DNA of 64,000 nucleotides. It comes from an uncultured Verrucomicrobiae bacterium (GTDB lineage Bacteria; Verrucomicrobiota; Verrucomicrobiia; Limisphaerales; Palsa-1400). The stretch is from contig OY969763.1 of the NCBI GenBank assembly GCA_963702845.1, positions 5,152,001-5,216,000 of the forward strand, in the 5' to 3' direction. The translations under genes were made by a program, and so were the position numbers. Of the stretch, positions 1-9,284 are shown piece by piece. Below the pieces are notes generated by a model. The model ran no database searches. It had not been told where the DNA came from and worked only from the letters and a program-made list of their open reading frames with translations. Every line of letters starts with the position of its first letter. Positions within the stretch are counted from its first letter, which is position 1.

Positions 1-1057
1 TGACAGCCAATTCTTCGAGGGCCGAACTCAAGCCGTCGGCTTCGAGGCGAACTGGATAAAGTCCACGCGCGAATTGGCGGGCCTGGGTGATGCATTGATT
101 GATCAATTCGGCGATGCTCTCGACTTTGGGTGAATCAGATGAGTTGTTCTGCTCGAGGGCGAGACGAAGAATTTCAGTGGCGTAACCGACGCTGACCAGT
201 TGCTGGCAAAGGGTATCGTGGAGGTCCTGGCCGATGCGGCTTTGTTCGCGGTCGCTGATTTCGGCAATCTGCTTCTCCAATGTCCTGCGGTGGGTGACAT
301 CGCGCATGACAATCACACCGCCGCGGATTTTGTTTTCGTTATCGATGAGCGGACGGCCTGTGCACGAAATCCAAATGCCACTGCGTCCATCGCCGGTTTC
401 GAGCAACATTTCGGCGCCGTTGATTTCTTTGCCTTGGATGGTTTGGAGCAAAGGATGTTCAGTCGCAGGGTAATTGGAAAGAATGTCGGGCATGTAGGTT
501 TGTTGCCGTTGCAACCAATCCTGCAGCGTGACGTCACCAAGACCTTTGCGCACGAGACGCTCAGCTTCGGGGTTGGACAAGAGGATCTTTCCCTCCGCGT
601 TAGCGACGATCACGCCATCGCCCATCGAGTTAAGGATCGACTGAAGAATATTGGTTTGCTGGCGCAACGCTTCGTTGGTTTGGCGTTGTCGTTCTTCAGC
701 GCGCCGGCGAGCCGCGACTTCACTGGAAAGCAAGGCGCAAACACCGAAGACGCTTAAGCGCATGAGAAAGTTCCAAAAGAGAACCCAGCCGACGTTGGCG
801 GCATTGGTTGGATGAAAGAATTTATCGGCGTACCAAAGAAATGCGCCAAACGTCGCATTGATGACCGCAGGTTTACGCCCGGTATACCAGCCGACGAAGC
901 AGCTGGGAAAAATGTAGAAAACCAGCCAGGTAAGGTGCGTGTCGGTGCTGAAATCAACTAGACCGACGATGGTGATGCTAATCAAACCAATCAGCCAAAT
1001 CAGCCATTTGTTCTGCCGCGCGAAATAGCAGTTGATTCGGGTTAGCAGTTCCGACAT
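1..1057 (-). CDS. Membrane-anchored PAS-domain sensor histidine kinase (HisKA_3/NarX-like); its 3' end runs off the start of the window
   Basis: Not in the ORF track because it has no stop inside the window. Manual translation from ATG 1057 gives MSELLTRINC..., several TM segments, a PAS region (ILNSMGDGVIVANAEGKILLSNPEAE...GGVIVMRDVT) and an H-box (EQSRIGQDLHDTLCQQL...ARGLYPVRLEADGLSSALEELA). Confidence 0.9.
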   Translation of the reverse strand, partial: MSELLTRINCYFARQNKWLIWLIGLISITIVGLVDFSTDTHLTWLVFYIFPSCFVGWYTGRKPAVINATFGAFLWYADKFFHPTNAANVGWVLFWNFLMRLSVFGVCALLSSEVAARRRAEERQRQTNEALRQQTNILQSILNSMGDGVIVANAEGKILLSNPEAERLVRKGLGDVTLQDWLQRQQTYMPDILSNYPATEHPLLQTIQGKEINGAEMLLETGDGRSGIWISCTGRPLIDNENKIRGGVIVMRDVTHRRTLEKQIAEISDREQSRIGQDLHDTLCQQLVSVGYATEILRLALEQNNSSDSPKVESIAELINQCITQARQFARGLYPVRLEADGLSSALEELAV

Positions 1058-1244
1058 AGAAGCGGCATTATAATCTCGAAAACAACCGATTGGTCGAGTT
1101 TAAAGCGGGGATGTGTGATTGCGGCTTTTAACGGTCAGGCACGCGATCGATGTGGCCAAAAACAGTCCAGGAAATGATTCGCCTGCCCTGCGTTGACGGT
1201 GAGGAGTTTGCTGCTGAGGGCGCGCGGCAACAAGCCGAACCCGT

Positions 1245-1356
1245 TCCAGAGCGCGGACATACTCGTCCTCGGCTGGGTGCCGTGCGGGGGACGTTAGAAC
1301 TTTCCGTATGCGTAGGTTGTAATCAACGTTGCTGCGGACGAGGACGTCTCACTTCG
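1245..1356. repeat. Degenerate inverted pair of REP-like elements
   Basis: GAGCGCGGACATACTCGTCC (~1249) and GCGGACGAGGACGTCTCACTTC (~1335) are imperfect inverted copies. A related copy, GCGGACGTGGACGTCCGCACTCC, lies at ~22059. Confidence 0.45.
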
Positions 1357-1433
1357 AAGCAGTAGCTCATGCGCTGCACAAAATTTGTTCGAAGTAAGCG
1401 CTCGGAGGTTGCATCTAAAATGGACGATACGGA

Positions 1434-1461
1434 TTGACCGATTATACGCATACGTTACAAT
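1434..1461 (+). promoter_or_regulatory. Sigma70-type promoter for the 1498 oxidoreductase
   Basis: TTGACC-N16-TACAAT, ending 36 nt before ATG 1498. Confidence 0.55.
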
Positions 1462-1497
1462 TTCAGCCCTTTGAACCCGTAAAATACTGCACAATTT

Positions 1498-2907
1498 ATG
1501 AAACAAGACTCCAGTAATCTTGATGGTGCGCGCGAAACCCGCCGCTCATTCATTCGCAAATCCAGCATCGCCGCAGCTGCCGTGGCCAGTGCTGCCAACA
1601 TTTTCAAAACGCCTGTCTACGGGCAAAGCCAGGCGCCCTCGACCGGCCGCGTCATTGGCGCGAATGACCGAATCGTCATGGGTTACATCGGCGTCGGCGG
1701 CCAAGGTATGGCGCACGTCAAAACGCAAAAGCAGGACGCGACTGCCAACAACATCGCGCAGGTTGCTGTTTGCGACGTGTCGAAATATCGCCAAAACCAC
1801 GCCAAGGAAGCGATCGGCGGCGACGTCAAAATGTATGACGACTATCGCAAGCTGCTCGAAAATAAAGATATCGATGCGGTGACGATCGCGACGGTCGACC
1901 ATTGGCACACCAAGACCGCAATCGCCGCGATGGAATCGGGCAAGCATGTTTATTGCGAAAAGCCGATGACGCGTTATCTCGGTGAAGCTTTCGACTTTCA
2001 TGATGCAGTGAAGCGCACCGGCAAAATTTTCCAACTCGGCTCGCAAGGTTGCTCCGCCGCTGGTTGGCATAAAGCTGCCGAAATGATCCAGGCCGGTAAA
2101 ATCGGCCAGATGGTTTGGGCGCAAGGTTATTACTGCCGCAACACTCCAGACGGCGAGTGGAACTATCCCATTAAGGATTGGTGCACTGCAGCCGATACCG
2201 ACTGGAAGGCCTGGCTCGGTCCGGTCAAGAAGCAAGTGCCGTTCAGCGCCGATCATTATTTCCGCTGGCGCAAATATTATCCGTATTGCGCCGGTTTGCT
2301 CGGCGACCTTGTCCCGCATCGTCTGAACCCGCTCATGCTCGCGACCGGCAATCCGGAATTCCCGAAACGCGTCGTCAGCATCGGCTCCAAGAACGTCCAC
2401 TCCGACCGTCTCAAGAAAGACGGCACTGCGGAACGCGACGTCCCAGAGCACGTCGAAATCCTGGCAGAATTCCCGAGCGGCGTCATCCTGACCATCGTTT
2501 GCAGCACCGTCGCTTCCAAGAGCCCCGGCTTCGTCATCTACGGGCACAAAGCCAGCCTTGATATCGGCAGCAGTGGCGAAAGCATCCAGGTCACCGTCGA
2601 ACAACCGTTCGCCGAAGGTGGCAAGTTCGAAGATATGAAGTCGGAAAATCAGACCATCAAAGGCCTGACCCCGACCGAAAACATCAACGCGCACGAAAAG
2701 AACTGGTTCGAATGCATCCGCGCGAACAACGCCAAAACCAACGCGAATATCGACCTGGCGACCAAAGCGCAAACTGTCATCTCGCTCGCCGAAATGTCGC
2801 AGCGCCTCAACATGGCTTGCATGTTCGACCCGAAGACGCGCAAGGTCACGACCGAGAACGGTAGAGTTGTTAAGCCGATCACTTACGGCACGCTCGAACT
2901 CTCCTAA
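1498..2907 (+). CDS. Tat-exported Gfo/Idh/MocA family NAD(P)-dependent oxidoreductase
   Basis: Twin-arginine leader TRRSFIRK, Rossmann motif IGVGGQG, and ATVDHWH...HVYCEKPM family motifs. Confidence 0.93.
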   Translation: MKQDSSNLDGARETRRSFIRKSSIAAAAVASAANIFKTPVYGQSQAPSTGRVIGANDRIVMGYIGVGGQGMAHVKTQKQDATANNIAQVAVCDVSKYRQNHAKEAIGGDVKMYDDYRKLLENKDIDAVTIATVDHWHTKTAIAAMESGKHVYCEKPMTRYLGEAFDFHDAVKRTGKIFQLGSQGCSAAGWHKAAEMIQAGKIGQMVWAQGYYCRNTPDGEWNYPIKDWCTAADTDWKAWLGPVKKQVPFSADHYFRWRKYYPYCAGLLGDLVPHRLNPLMLATGNPEFPKRVVSIGSKNVHSDRLKKDGTAERDVPEHVEILAEFPSGVILTIVCSTVASKSPGFVIYGHKASLDIGSSGESIQVTVEQPFAEGGKFEDMKSENQTIKGLTPTENINAHEKNWFECIRANNAKTNANIDLATKAQTVISLAEMSQRLNMACMFDPKTRKVTTENGRVVKPITYGTLELS

Positions 2908-2925
2908 TCAAAAGAATTCACTACG

Positions 2926-2957
2926 AGACCCCGCGCTAAAAACGCGGGGTCTTTTTT
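2926..2957 (+). terminator. Rho-independent terminator
   Basis: AGACCCCGCG-CTAAAAA-CGCGGGGTCT stem followed by a T-tract, just after the stop codon at 2907. Confidence 0.85.
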
Positions 2958-3053
2958 GTGTAATTGTCGCGAGCGCTGTGCGTTTGACTTTCAAAGTGGA
3001 CAACTTTTTGCCTTCCTTCATACTTTCGCCTTCATCCTTCATCCTAAAAAGTC

Positions 3054-4169
3054 ATGAGCGACAAGAAAGTAAATGTAGCCATCGTTGGTCTGGGTTTCGG
3101 CGCTGAATTCATTCCCATTTACCAAAAACATCCTAACGCGAACCTCTACGCCATCTGCCAGCGCAACAAAACCAAGCTCGACCAACTCGGTGACGCCTTC
3201 AAAGTCGAAAAGCGCTACACCAGATTTGAGGATTTGATCAAAGACCCGGACGTTGATGCCGTCCACATCAACTCGCCCATTCACCTACACGCGCCGCAAG
3301 CGATCGCCGCGTTGAAGGCCGGCAAACACGTGGCTTGCACCGTTCCTGCTGCGACCACCGTCGAAGAGTGCAAACAAATCGTCAAAGCGGCGGAAAAGGC
3401 GAAGAAGAATTACATGATGATGGAGACGGTCGTGTATTCGCGCGAATTCCTTTACGTCCGCGAAATGCGCGACTAAGGGCAAGCTCGGACGCATCCAATT
3501 CATGCGTGGCTCGCACTTGCAAAACATGGAAGGCTGGCCGGGTTATTGGGAAGGTTTGCCGCCGATGCATTATGCGACTCACTGCGTCAGCCCCTGTCTC
3601 GCGATCGTCAAAGGTGAAGCGGACTACGTGAGCTGCCTCGGCTCCGGTCGCATCGCCGAAAATTTAATCGGCAAATACGGCTCGCCATTTTCAGCTTCGA
3701 AACCGCCCACTGCAAAATCCGCAACCAGGATTTGTCCTTCGAAGTGACGCGTTACCTGTTTAACGCCTCGCGCCAATACATCGAGAGCTTCGACGTCTAC
3801 GGCGAAAAGACTTCCTTCGAATGGCAGTTAGCTGAAGGCGACGAACCCATCCTGCATACCGGTGGCGAAAAAACCGAAAAAGTCCAAGTCCCCGACTACG
3901 CCAATCTGCTTCCCGAAGGCATCCGCCAATACACAACTAAAGGCGTTTACGACGCCGACGAACACAAACATTTATCATTCGTGCAAGGCAGCGGCCACGG
4001 TGGCAGCCACCCGCATTTGGCACACGAATTCCTGATGAGCCTCGTCGATAACCGTCCAAGCTTCCCGGACGTCTATCAAAGTGTGAACTGGACCATGGTC
4101 GGCATCTGCGCCCACGAAAGCGCCATGCGCGGCGGTGAGATCATCAAGATTCCGGATTTCCGCCGCTAA
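3054..4169 (+). CDS. Cytoplasmic Gfo/Idh/MocA oxidoreductase with two frameshifts (~3474 and ~3690), likely sequencing errors
   Basis: ORFs 3054-3476 (VGLGFG, HINSPIHLH), 3502-3747 (WPGYWEGLPPMHYATH) and 3732-4169 (GHGGSHPHL...AHESAMRGG) join into one protein after small indel corrections. Confidence 0.85.
4083..4162 (+). repeat. 80-bp direct repeat, copy 1 (3' end of the oxidoreductase gene)
   Basis: GTGAACTGGACCATGGTCGGCATCTGCGCCCACGAAAGCGCCATGCGCGGCGGTGAGATCATCAAGATTCCGGATTTCCG matches 7552-7631 at 78/80 positions. Confidence 0.97.
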
Positions 4170-4175
4170 CATATC

Positions 4176-4216
4176 GCGAAGTATCTTGGAGGCGCAGCAG
4201 TTCTCTGCCGCTTTTC
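4176..4216 (+). repeat. Degenerate REP-like element
   Basis: CGCGAAGTATCTTGGAGGCGCAGCAGTTCTCTGCCGCTTT resembles a GGAGTGCGGCAGTCCTCTGCCGCTTT-type extragenic repeat that I recall from Verrucomicrobia. Not verified. Confidence 0.35.
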
Positions 4217-4417
4217 CCTTGAACGTGCGCGCTCTTTGCCACAACCCTGATCGGGATTGGCGCCCAGATGCTCGCCGGTTTCACGATCCACGGCCTTCTT
4301 TTGGTCGTGAAACAAATCCGCTACAAACGGCTTCGGTGAAAAAGAAGGAACGACCAGTCCAAAATTTCGTTCCGGCGCCAAGTCGCTTGGCAGCTCTCTG
4401 TGCTCGTCAGCAACCTG

Positions 4418-6388
4418 TTATCCTGACGGAAAGCAGAACCGATAAACACAGGAAGAATAGTTTGTCGCCGCCCGATCGGTGAAAAAAGACGATCCACCAT
4501 TTAATTTATTTGTCGACACTGGGAGCCAAACAGGGTTGGCCAAATTTGTGCAGGCTTGCACGACGATGACGAAATTACCGGCACCTAAAATGCCAAATTC
4601 AAACTGATTTGCGACCATGCCGAAAGTGCCGTTGGTTTGTACATGCGGATCCCAAACAACCGCAGGGTGTCCGGCGAAGCTAGACCCCCAGCCAACTGCT
4701 CCAGGCAAGTAGTAGCTCACGGTGGAGGAATTGCCATAGGTTGTTGCATCGAGAACGTATGGAGGATTACCTTCGAAATAAAGGCCGACCAAACTACTGC
4801 ACTGATAAAACGCTCCGTCGTCCAAGAACGTAACGTTTTTTGGGATCGTCACATTCGCCAGTCGAGTGCAAAAGTAGAATGCCTGTGATCCAATAGCAGT
4901 GACGTTCGTGCTTATTCTGATATAGGCCAGGTTAGTGCAGGAATTGAAAGCCCAATGACCAATGTTCGTCACTCCATTTCCAATTATGGCGTTCGTCAGG
5001 CCGCAACCGTCGAACACGCCAGGTTGAAGACTGGTAACCCGGTCTGGAATTACAATACTGCTTAGGCTCGAACACCACTGAAACGCAGAGACGGCAATCG
5101 TGTTAACGTTCGTTCCGATAACCGCGTTACTCAGGCTAAAGCACGAGAAGAAAGCTTCGTATCCAATTGCCGTAACGCTGTTCGGGATGATCACGCTGCC
5201 CAATTTTGGGCAGAAGGCGAATGCTTCGTCTTCAATGTTCGTAATGCTGCTACCAATAAGGACGGTGGTCAAATTGCTGCAATAAGCAAATGCATTAGTT
5301 GGAATATATCCGGCGTTATTGCCGATGAAGACGTTTGTCAGGCTGCTGCAGTATTCAAAGGCAAAGTTCCCGAGTGTGGCAACACCACTAGGAACCGAAT
5401 TTGTGAGGTTGTAGCATTGATAAAAAGCGTTGTTTCCGATCGAGGTCATACTCGATGGCAACGGACAGGAGATCAGCTTCCAACACTGAGTGAAAGCGTC
5501 GCTCCCGACGTTCGTAACATTTCCGGACATGGTGACGCTGCTAAGCTGGCCGCAGGTGCTAAAAGCAGTGTCCTTTATATTTCTAACGCCGCTACCAATT
5601 ATCACGTTCGTTAAACCATTGCACGATATGCAAACGCGGTTACCAAGATTCGTTACGCTGTTTGGAATCGTGAGACTGCCAATGCTATTGCAGGATTCGA
5701 ACGCACTGTCGCCAATGCTCCCAAGGCTCGCGGGCAGGCCTACGCTCGCGAGGTAAGAGGACCCTGCGAATGCAGCGTCTTTGATTTCGGTAACAATGCT
5801 GGGAATCGTATAATCTCCCGCGAGACCGACCGGGTATTGAACTAACGCGGTGCCGTTTTTATTGAAGAGAACTCCGTTGACACTCTTATAAGACGCGTTC
5901 TGCACGTCTACATTTATCGAAAAAAGATTTCTGCAGAATTCAAAAGGACCCGCCCCAATGTTAGTGACGCTGCTTGGGATGGTAACAGTTGTCAGGTTGT
6001 AACAATCGACGAATGCATAGTTGCCGATGCTGGTGAGGCCTGTGCCAAAAGAGACATTTGTAAGGCTGGTGCAATAGTAGAACGCATCAATCCCGATTGT
6101 TAAAACACTAGTCGGGATCGTTACGCTTGTAATTGTTGAGCGGTTCGCGAATGCGCTGATGTCAATACCCGTCACCGGCAGACCGCTGATTGTGCTCGGA
6201 ATCACGACTGCACCCCCGGAACCGCTGTAGCCCGTAATGGTCGCCTGCCCTTGTGAAACCGAATAGTTAAACTGCGCGAAAATAGTGATCGGCGCATACC
6301 AAAGCAAAAGTATTAGAAATACGGAAAATAATCCATTTGCCGATTGTTTAGCTATTTTCGGGGAGCAATTTGAGGGGCGGTGTCCCAT
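4418..6388 (-). CDS. Secreted BspA-type leucine-rich-repeat (LRR_5) surface protein; start uncertain (6388 or 6436)
   Basis: About 20 repeats of IPxSVTxIGxxAFxxCxxLTxV, a hydrophobic N-terminal segment (LFSVFLILLLWYAPITIFA-QF), and a C-terminal TNL..W...FTD...YR domain. Confidence 0.93.
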   Translation of the reverse strand: MGHRPSNCSPKIAKQSANGLFSVFLILLLWYAPITIFAQFNYSVSQGQATITGYSGSGGAVVIPSTISGLPVTGIDISAFANRSTITSVTIPTSVLTIGIDAFYYCTSLTNVSFGTGLTSIGNYAFVDCYNLTTVTIPSSVTNIGAGPFEFCRNLFSINVDVQNASYKSVNGVLFNKNGTALVQYPVGLAGDYTIPSIVTEIKDAAFAGSSYLASVGLPASLGSIGDSAFESCNSIGSLTIPNSVTNLGNRVCISCNGLTNVIIGSGVRNIKDTAFSTCGQLSSVTMSGNVTNVGSDAFTQCWKLISCPLPSSMTSIGNNAFYQCYNLTNSVPSGVATLGNFAFEYCSSLTNVFIGNNAGYIPTNAFAYCSNLTTVLIGSSITNIEDEAFAFCPKLGSVIIPNSVTAIGYEAFFSCFSLSNAVIGTNVNTIAVSAFQWCSSLSSIVIPDRVTSLQPGVFDGCGLTNAIIGNGVTNIGHWAFNSCTNLAYIRISTNVTAIGSQAFYFCTRLANVTIPKNVTFLDDGAFYQCSSLVGLYFEGNPPYVLDATTYGNSSTVSYYLPGAVGWGSSFAGHPAVVWDPHVQTNGTFGMVANQFEFGILGAGNFVIVVQACTNLANPVWLPVSTNKLNGGSSFFTDRAATNYSSCVYRFCFPSG

Positions 6389-6474
6389 TGAATTGGTTGA
6401 AGTCTCAACTAGACCGCAATAAATTGGAAGTTCCAAAAACTCACCGCGATTTCCTTACCTCGGCAACGTTCTAT

Positions 6475-6551
6475 GCTTGTCTGTTGACCACGCACAGCAG
6501 CGGACTAGTGTACCACTGGTGCTCGCCTCAACGAAGAACGCCGACGAATGA
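6475..6551 (+). pseudogene. Possible 3'-terminal remnant of a RecQ/phosphoribosyltransferase-domain gene
   Basis: With one base restored it reads ACLLTTHSSGLVY(P)LVLASTKNADE*, and its stop overlaps the dprA start (ATGA). This resembles the ...LL...GSG.V.PL.LA C-terminus of RecQ-PRTase proteins that precede this DprA subfamily (recalled, not searched). Confidence 0.35.
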
Positions 6552-7544
6552 TTTGTCCGCTGACAGCCAACACACAAGCAATTCTCCTGCTCACCGCACC
6601 ACTTATCGTGGGGCGAGTTAGAGAAGAAGCGGAGTTGTTGACGCCCGGTGAGTAGAATCGCCTCGCTCGTATTCTTCGCGAAAAACAGAAACAGCCCGCT
6701 GACTTTCTCAGTGCCGACTCTGAACAAATCATTTCTCTAGGCGCCGACACTTTGGGCCGCGAGAGGATCGAAAAGTTACTCAATCGCGGCTTTCAATTGA
6801 GTCAGGCAATCGAGCATTGGTCTGCTCGTTCGATTTGGGTTGTGAGCCGCGCCGATCCGGAATATCCGCGCCGCATGAAGTCACGCCTCAAAGAAGATGC
6901 TCCCGCGATCCTTTACGGCTGCGGTGATCGACGGCTTTTAGACTCGCGCGGTTTCGCGGTAATCGGGTCGCGCCATGTTGACCCAGAACTACTCTTGTAC
7001 ACCGAACAAGTCGGCAAATTAGCTGCGTCCGCCGAACGCACGCTCGTCTCTGGCGGAGCGAAAGGCATCGATCAAGCAGCAATGCACGGCGCGCTCCAGG
7101 GCGGTGGCAAATCGATCGGCGTTATGGCGGACGCACTCGAACGCGCGGCCCTGTCGGGTTCTCCCCGTGAGTGGCTGAGCGACGGCAAGCTGGTCCTCGT
7201 CTCGCCTTACGATCCAGCAGCGGGGTTCAATGTTGGCAACGCAATGCAGCGTAACAAAGTCATCTACACTTTTGCCGACGCCGCATTGGTTGTTTCCTCC
7301 GATCTTCAAAAGGGCGGCACTTGGACTGGCGCCGTTGAACAAATTGATAAACTGATTACTCGCCGCTGTTCGCCTGATCCTCGATCGCAAACTCGTCGAG
7401 GCAAAAACCGAAAAACAGATTGCCGAACTGCTCGCCGTACCGAAACCGTTAGCTAAAACCTGGCTCGCAAAACTTGTTGCTGACGGTGACCTCGAAAAAC
7501 TGACGCGTCCTGTACGATATCAGGTAATAAAACCACTGCTGTAA
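6548..7544 (+). pseudogene. dprA: DprA/Smf-family DNA-processing protein, disrupted
   Basis: From ATG 6548 it reads MICPLTANTQAILLLTAPLIVG..., with an in-frame TAG at 6653-6655. The core has YP...[32 protein letters not shown] and GGTWTGA. After a frameshift or deletion at ~7355, a winged-helix tail ([26 protein letters not shown]...) ends at TAA 7544. Confidence 0.85.
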
Positions 7545-7551
7545 CGGTCTC

Positions 7552-7631
7552 GTGAACTTGACAATGGTCGGCATCTGCGCCCACGAAAGCGCCATGCGCG
7601 GCGGTGAGATCATCAAGATTCCGGATTTCCG
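7552..7631 (+). repeat. 80-bp direct repeat, copy 2 (orphan duplicate of the oxidoreductase 3' end)
   Basis: 78/80 identical to 4083-4162. It continues CGT AGG TGA, so it also encodes ...PDFRR*. Confidence 0.97.
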
Positions 7632-7775
7632 TAGGTGAAGGAACTAATCGGCGACACCCTGTTGCCCAGAGGTTCACTGACAACCGGTTGCAATCCCCGC
7701 TTAGTGCGTCATTGGTGAAGCCCTGAGTATGATGAATGGGTTTCGGATTTAACCGATGCAGCGCAGATTCGTCGG

Positions 7776-9284
7776 GTGGAAACGCGGTCCCAACCAACGG
7801 AAGAAATAGCGCGGGGAAATGCCACCCTTTGGGAGCAACCTTTGCCCAGTGTGAGGCAACTTTCAGCGGCAAAAAGGACGTTGATCGCCCATTTGCGAAA
7901 GGGACAAAGGCCAGTAGTGGACGCGGAAAAAATTCCGCGCTCTGCCCGAGCCCAGATGGGGCCGCTTTCTTCGAACCAGGAGCAGAGCTGGTTCTTCAGC
8001 CAATTACAGCCGCAAAGCCCTTTGTATAACGTTCCGGTGGCAATCCGTGTGCGCGGACATCTGGAAATCGCAGCGCTGCAAAAAGCCATCGAGCAAATTG
8101 TCGCGCGGCATGAGGTATTACGCACGCGCTTCGGGGGTGAATTTGAACCTACGCAAGCGGTCGACGAAATCGCGCCAGTGCCGGCTATTGTGAGCGATCT
8201 GCGCAGTGTTCCCCGGGAGCAGCGGGAAGCGGAATTGCAGCGCAGGGTGCAGGAAGAGGTTCGTCAGCCGTTTGATCTTGCGCGAGACCTGATGATTCGC
8301 GTTCGCGCTTTCCGAATGGAGGAAGACGACTGGGGTTTGACGGTCGTGCTTCATCATATCGCGAGTGATTTTTTGTCGTGGCGAGTGCTGTGCCGGGAAT
8401 TAACGACGCTTTATCAAGGCTTCTTGAACGGGCGGCAAGGCTCTCTAGCCGAATTGCCGATTCAATATAGAGATTTCGCGCGCTGGCAGCAGGAATGGCT
8501 GCAAGGGCACGAGTACGAAAGCCATCTTGGCTACTGGCGAACGAACCTAGCTAGCGCGCCCGGACTATTGGAACTCTCGTTTTCACGTCCGCGTCCGCCG
8601 GTGCAGTCATTTCACGGCGCGTGTGAATTCATGGCGTTGCCAACGGAGTTGTACCGGGAATTAGCGGACCTGAGCCGACGCGAAGGTGCCACTTTATTTA
8701 TGACGTTGCTGGCGGGATTTGTCGCACTGCTATGCCGTTATACGAACCGTGAAGATTTGGTCATCGGTTCGCCCGCTGCCGGACGTTGCCGGGCCGAACT
8801 GGAAGATTTGATCGGGTTTTTTGCAAACATAATGGTGTTGCGCACGAGCGTGAAGGACGACCCAAGTTTTCGCGAACTCTTGCGGCGCACGCGCGAGGTG
8901 GTGCTGGATGCGCTGGCGCACCAGGAAGTGCCCTTTGCAAAATTGGTCCAGGAACTGCGCCCTGCGCGCAGTGCCAGCCATCTGCCGTTTTTCCAAATCG
9001 TGTTCATGTTGCAGCAGGACCTCGCGGCCAGCTTTCGCCTGCCGGGTGTCACGGCAACCGACATCGAAGTGGATACCGGCATCGCCAAGTTCGATTTGAT
9101 GCTGACCATTCTGGAAGGCGAACAGGGCCTGCGATGTTGCGCCGAGTATAACACAAGCCTGTTTGAGAAAGCCGATGTTCGCCGGATGCTGTGTGAATAT
9201 CAGCGCTTTCTGCAAATCGTCGTCGTGCGACCTGACGTAAGAGTATCGGAATTCAATTTGGCAAATGCATTCGGATCCCTATGA
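7776..9284 (+). CDS. Stand-alone NRPS condensation domain protein (LCL-like)
   Basis: C-domain cores SSNQEQSWF, RHEVLRT, HHIASD, YRDFARWQ, IGFFAN, HQEVPF and KFDL, plus an N-terminal helical leader LSAAKRTLIAHL. Confidence 0.93.
   Translation: METRSQPTEEIARGNATLWEQPLPSVRQLSAAKRTLIAHLRKGQRPVVDAEKIPRSARAQMGPLSSNQEQSWFFSQLQPQSPLYNVPVAIRVRGHLEIAALQKAIEQIVARHEVLRTRFGGEFEPTQAVDEIAPVPAIVSDLRSVPREQREAELQRRVQEEVRQPFDLARDLMIRVRAFRMEEDDWGLTVVLHHIASDFLSWRVLCRELTTLYQGFLNGRQGSLAELPIQYRDFARWQQEWLQGHEYESHLGYWRTNLASAPGLLELSFSRPRPPVQSFHGACEFMALPTELYRELADLSRREGATLFMTLLAGFVALLCRYTNREDLVIGSPAAGRCRAELEDLIGFFANIMVLRTSVKDDPSFRELLRRTREVVLDALAHQEVPFAKLVQELRPARSASHLPFFQIVFMLQQDLAASFRLPGVTATDIEVDTGIAKFDLMLTILEGEQGLRCCAEYNTSLFEKADVRRMLCEYQRFLQIVVVRPDVRVSEFNLANAFGSL

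Larger units (their letters stand above)
4163..7551. mobile_element. Putative integrated islet (3.4 kb) between direct repeats, with no integrase
   Basis: Flanked by 80-bp repeats. It carries a visibly AT-richer LRR gene and a decayed dprA. Confidence 0.55.

Noticed and set aside
200..757. 185-aa + strand ORF and other long antisense ORFs (e.g. 1546-2772, 19114-20169, 29092-30126, 47286-48335)
   Set aside because: These are shadows of well-supported genes on the opposite strand in GC-rich DNA and have no recognisable motifs.
4083..7631. 80-bp repeat pair as a diversity-generating retroelement VR/TR
   Set aside because: There are only two mismatches and they are not adenine-specific (G/T and C/A). 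There is no reverse transcriptase in the window, and the target is a metabolic enzyme.
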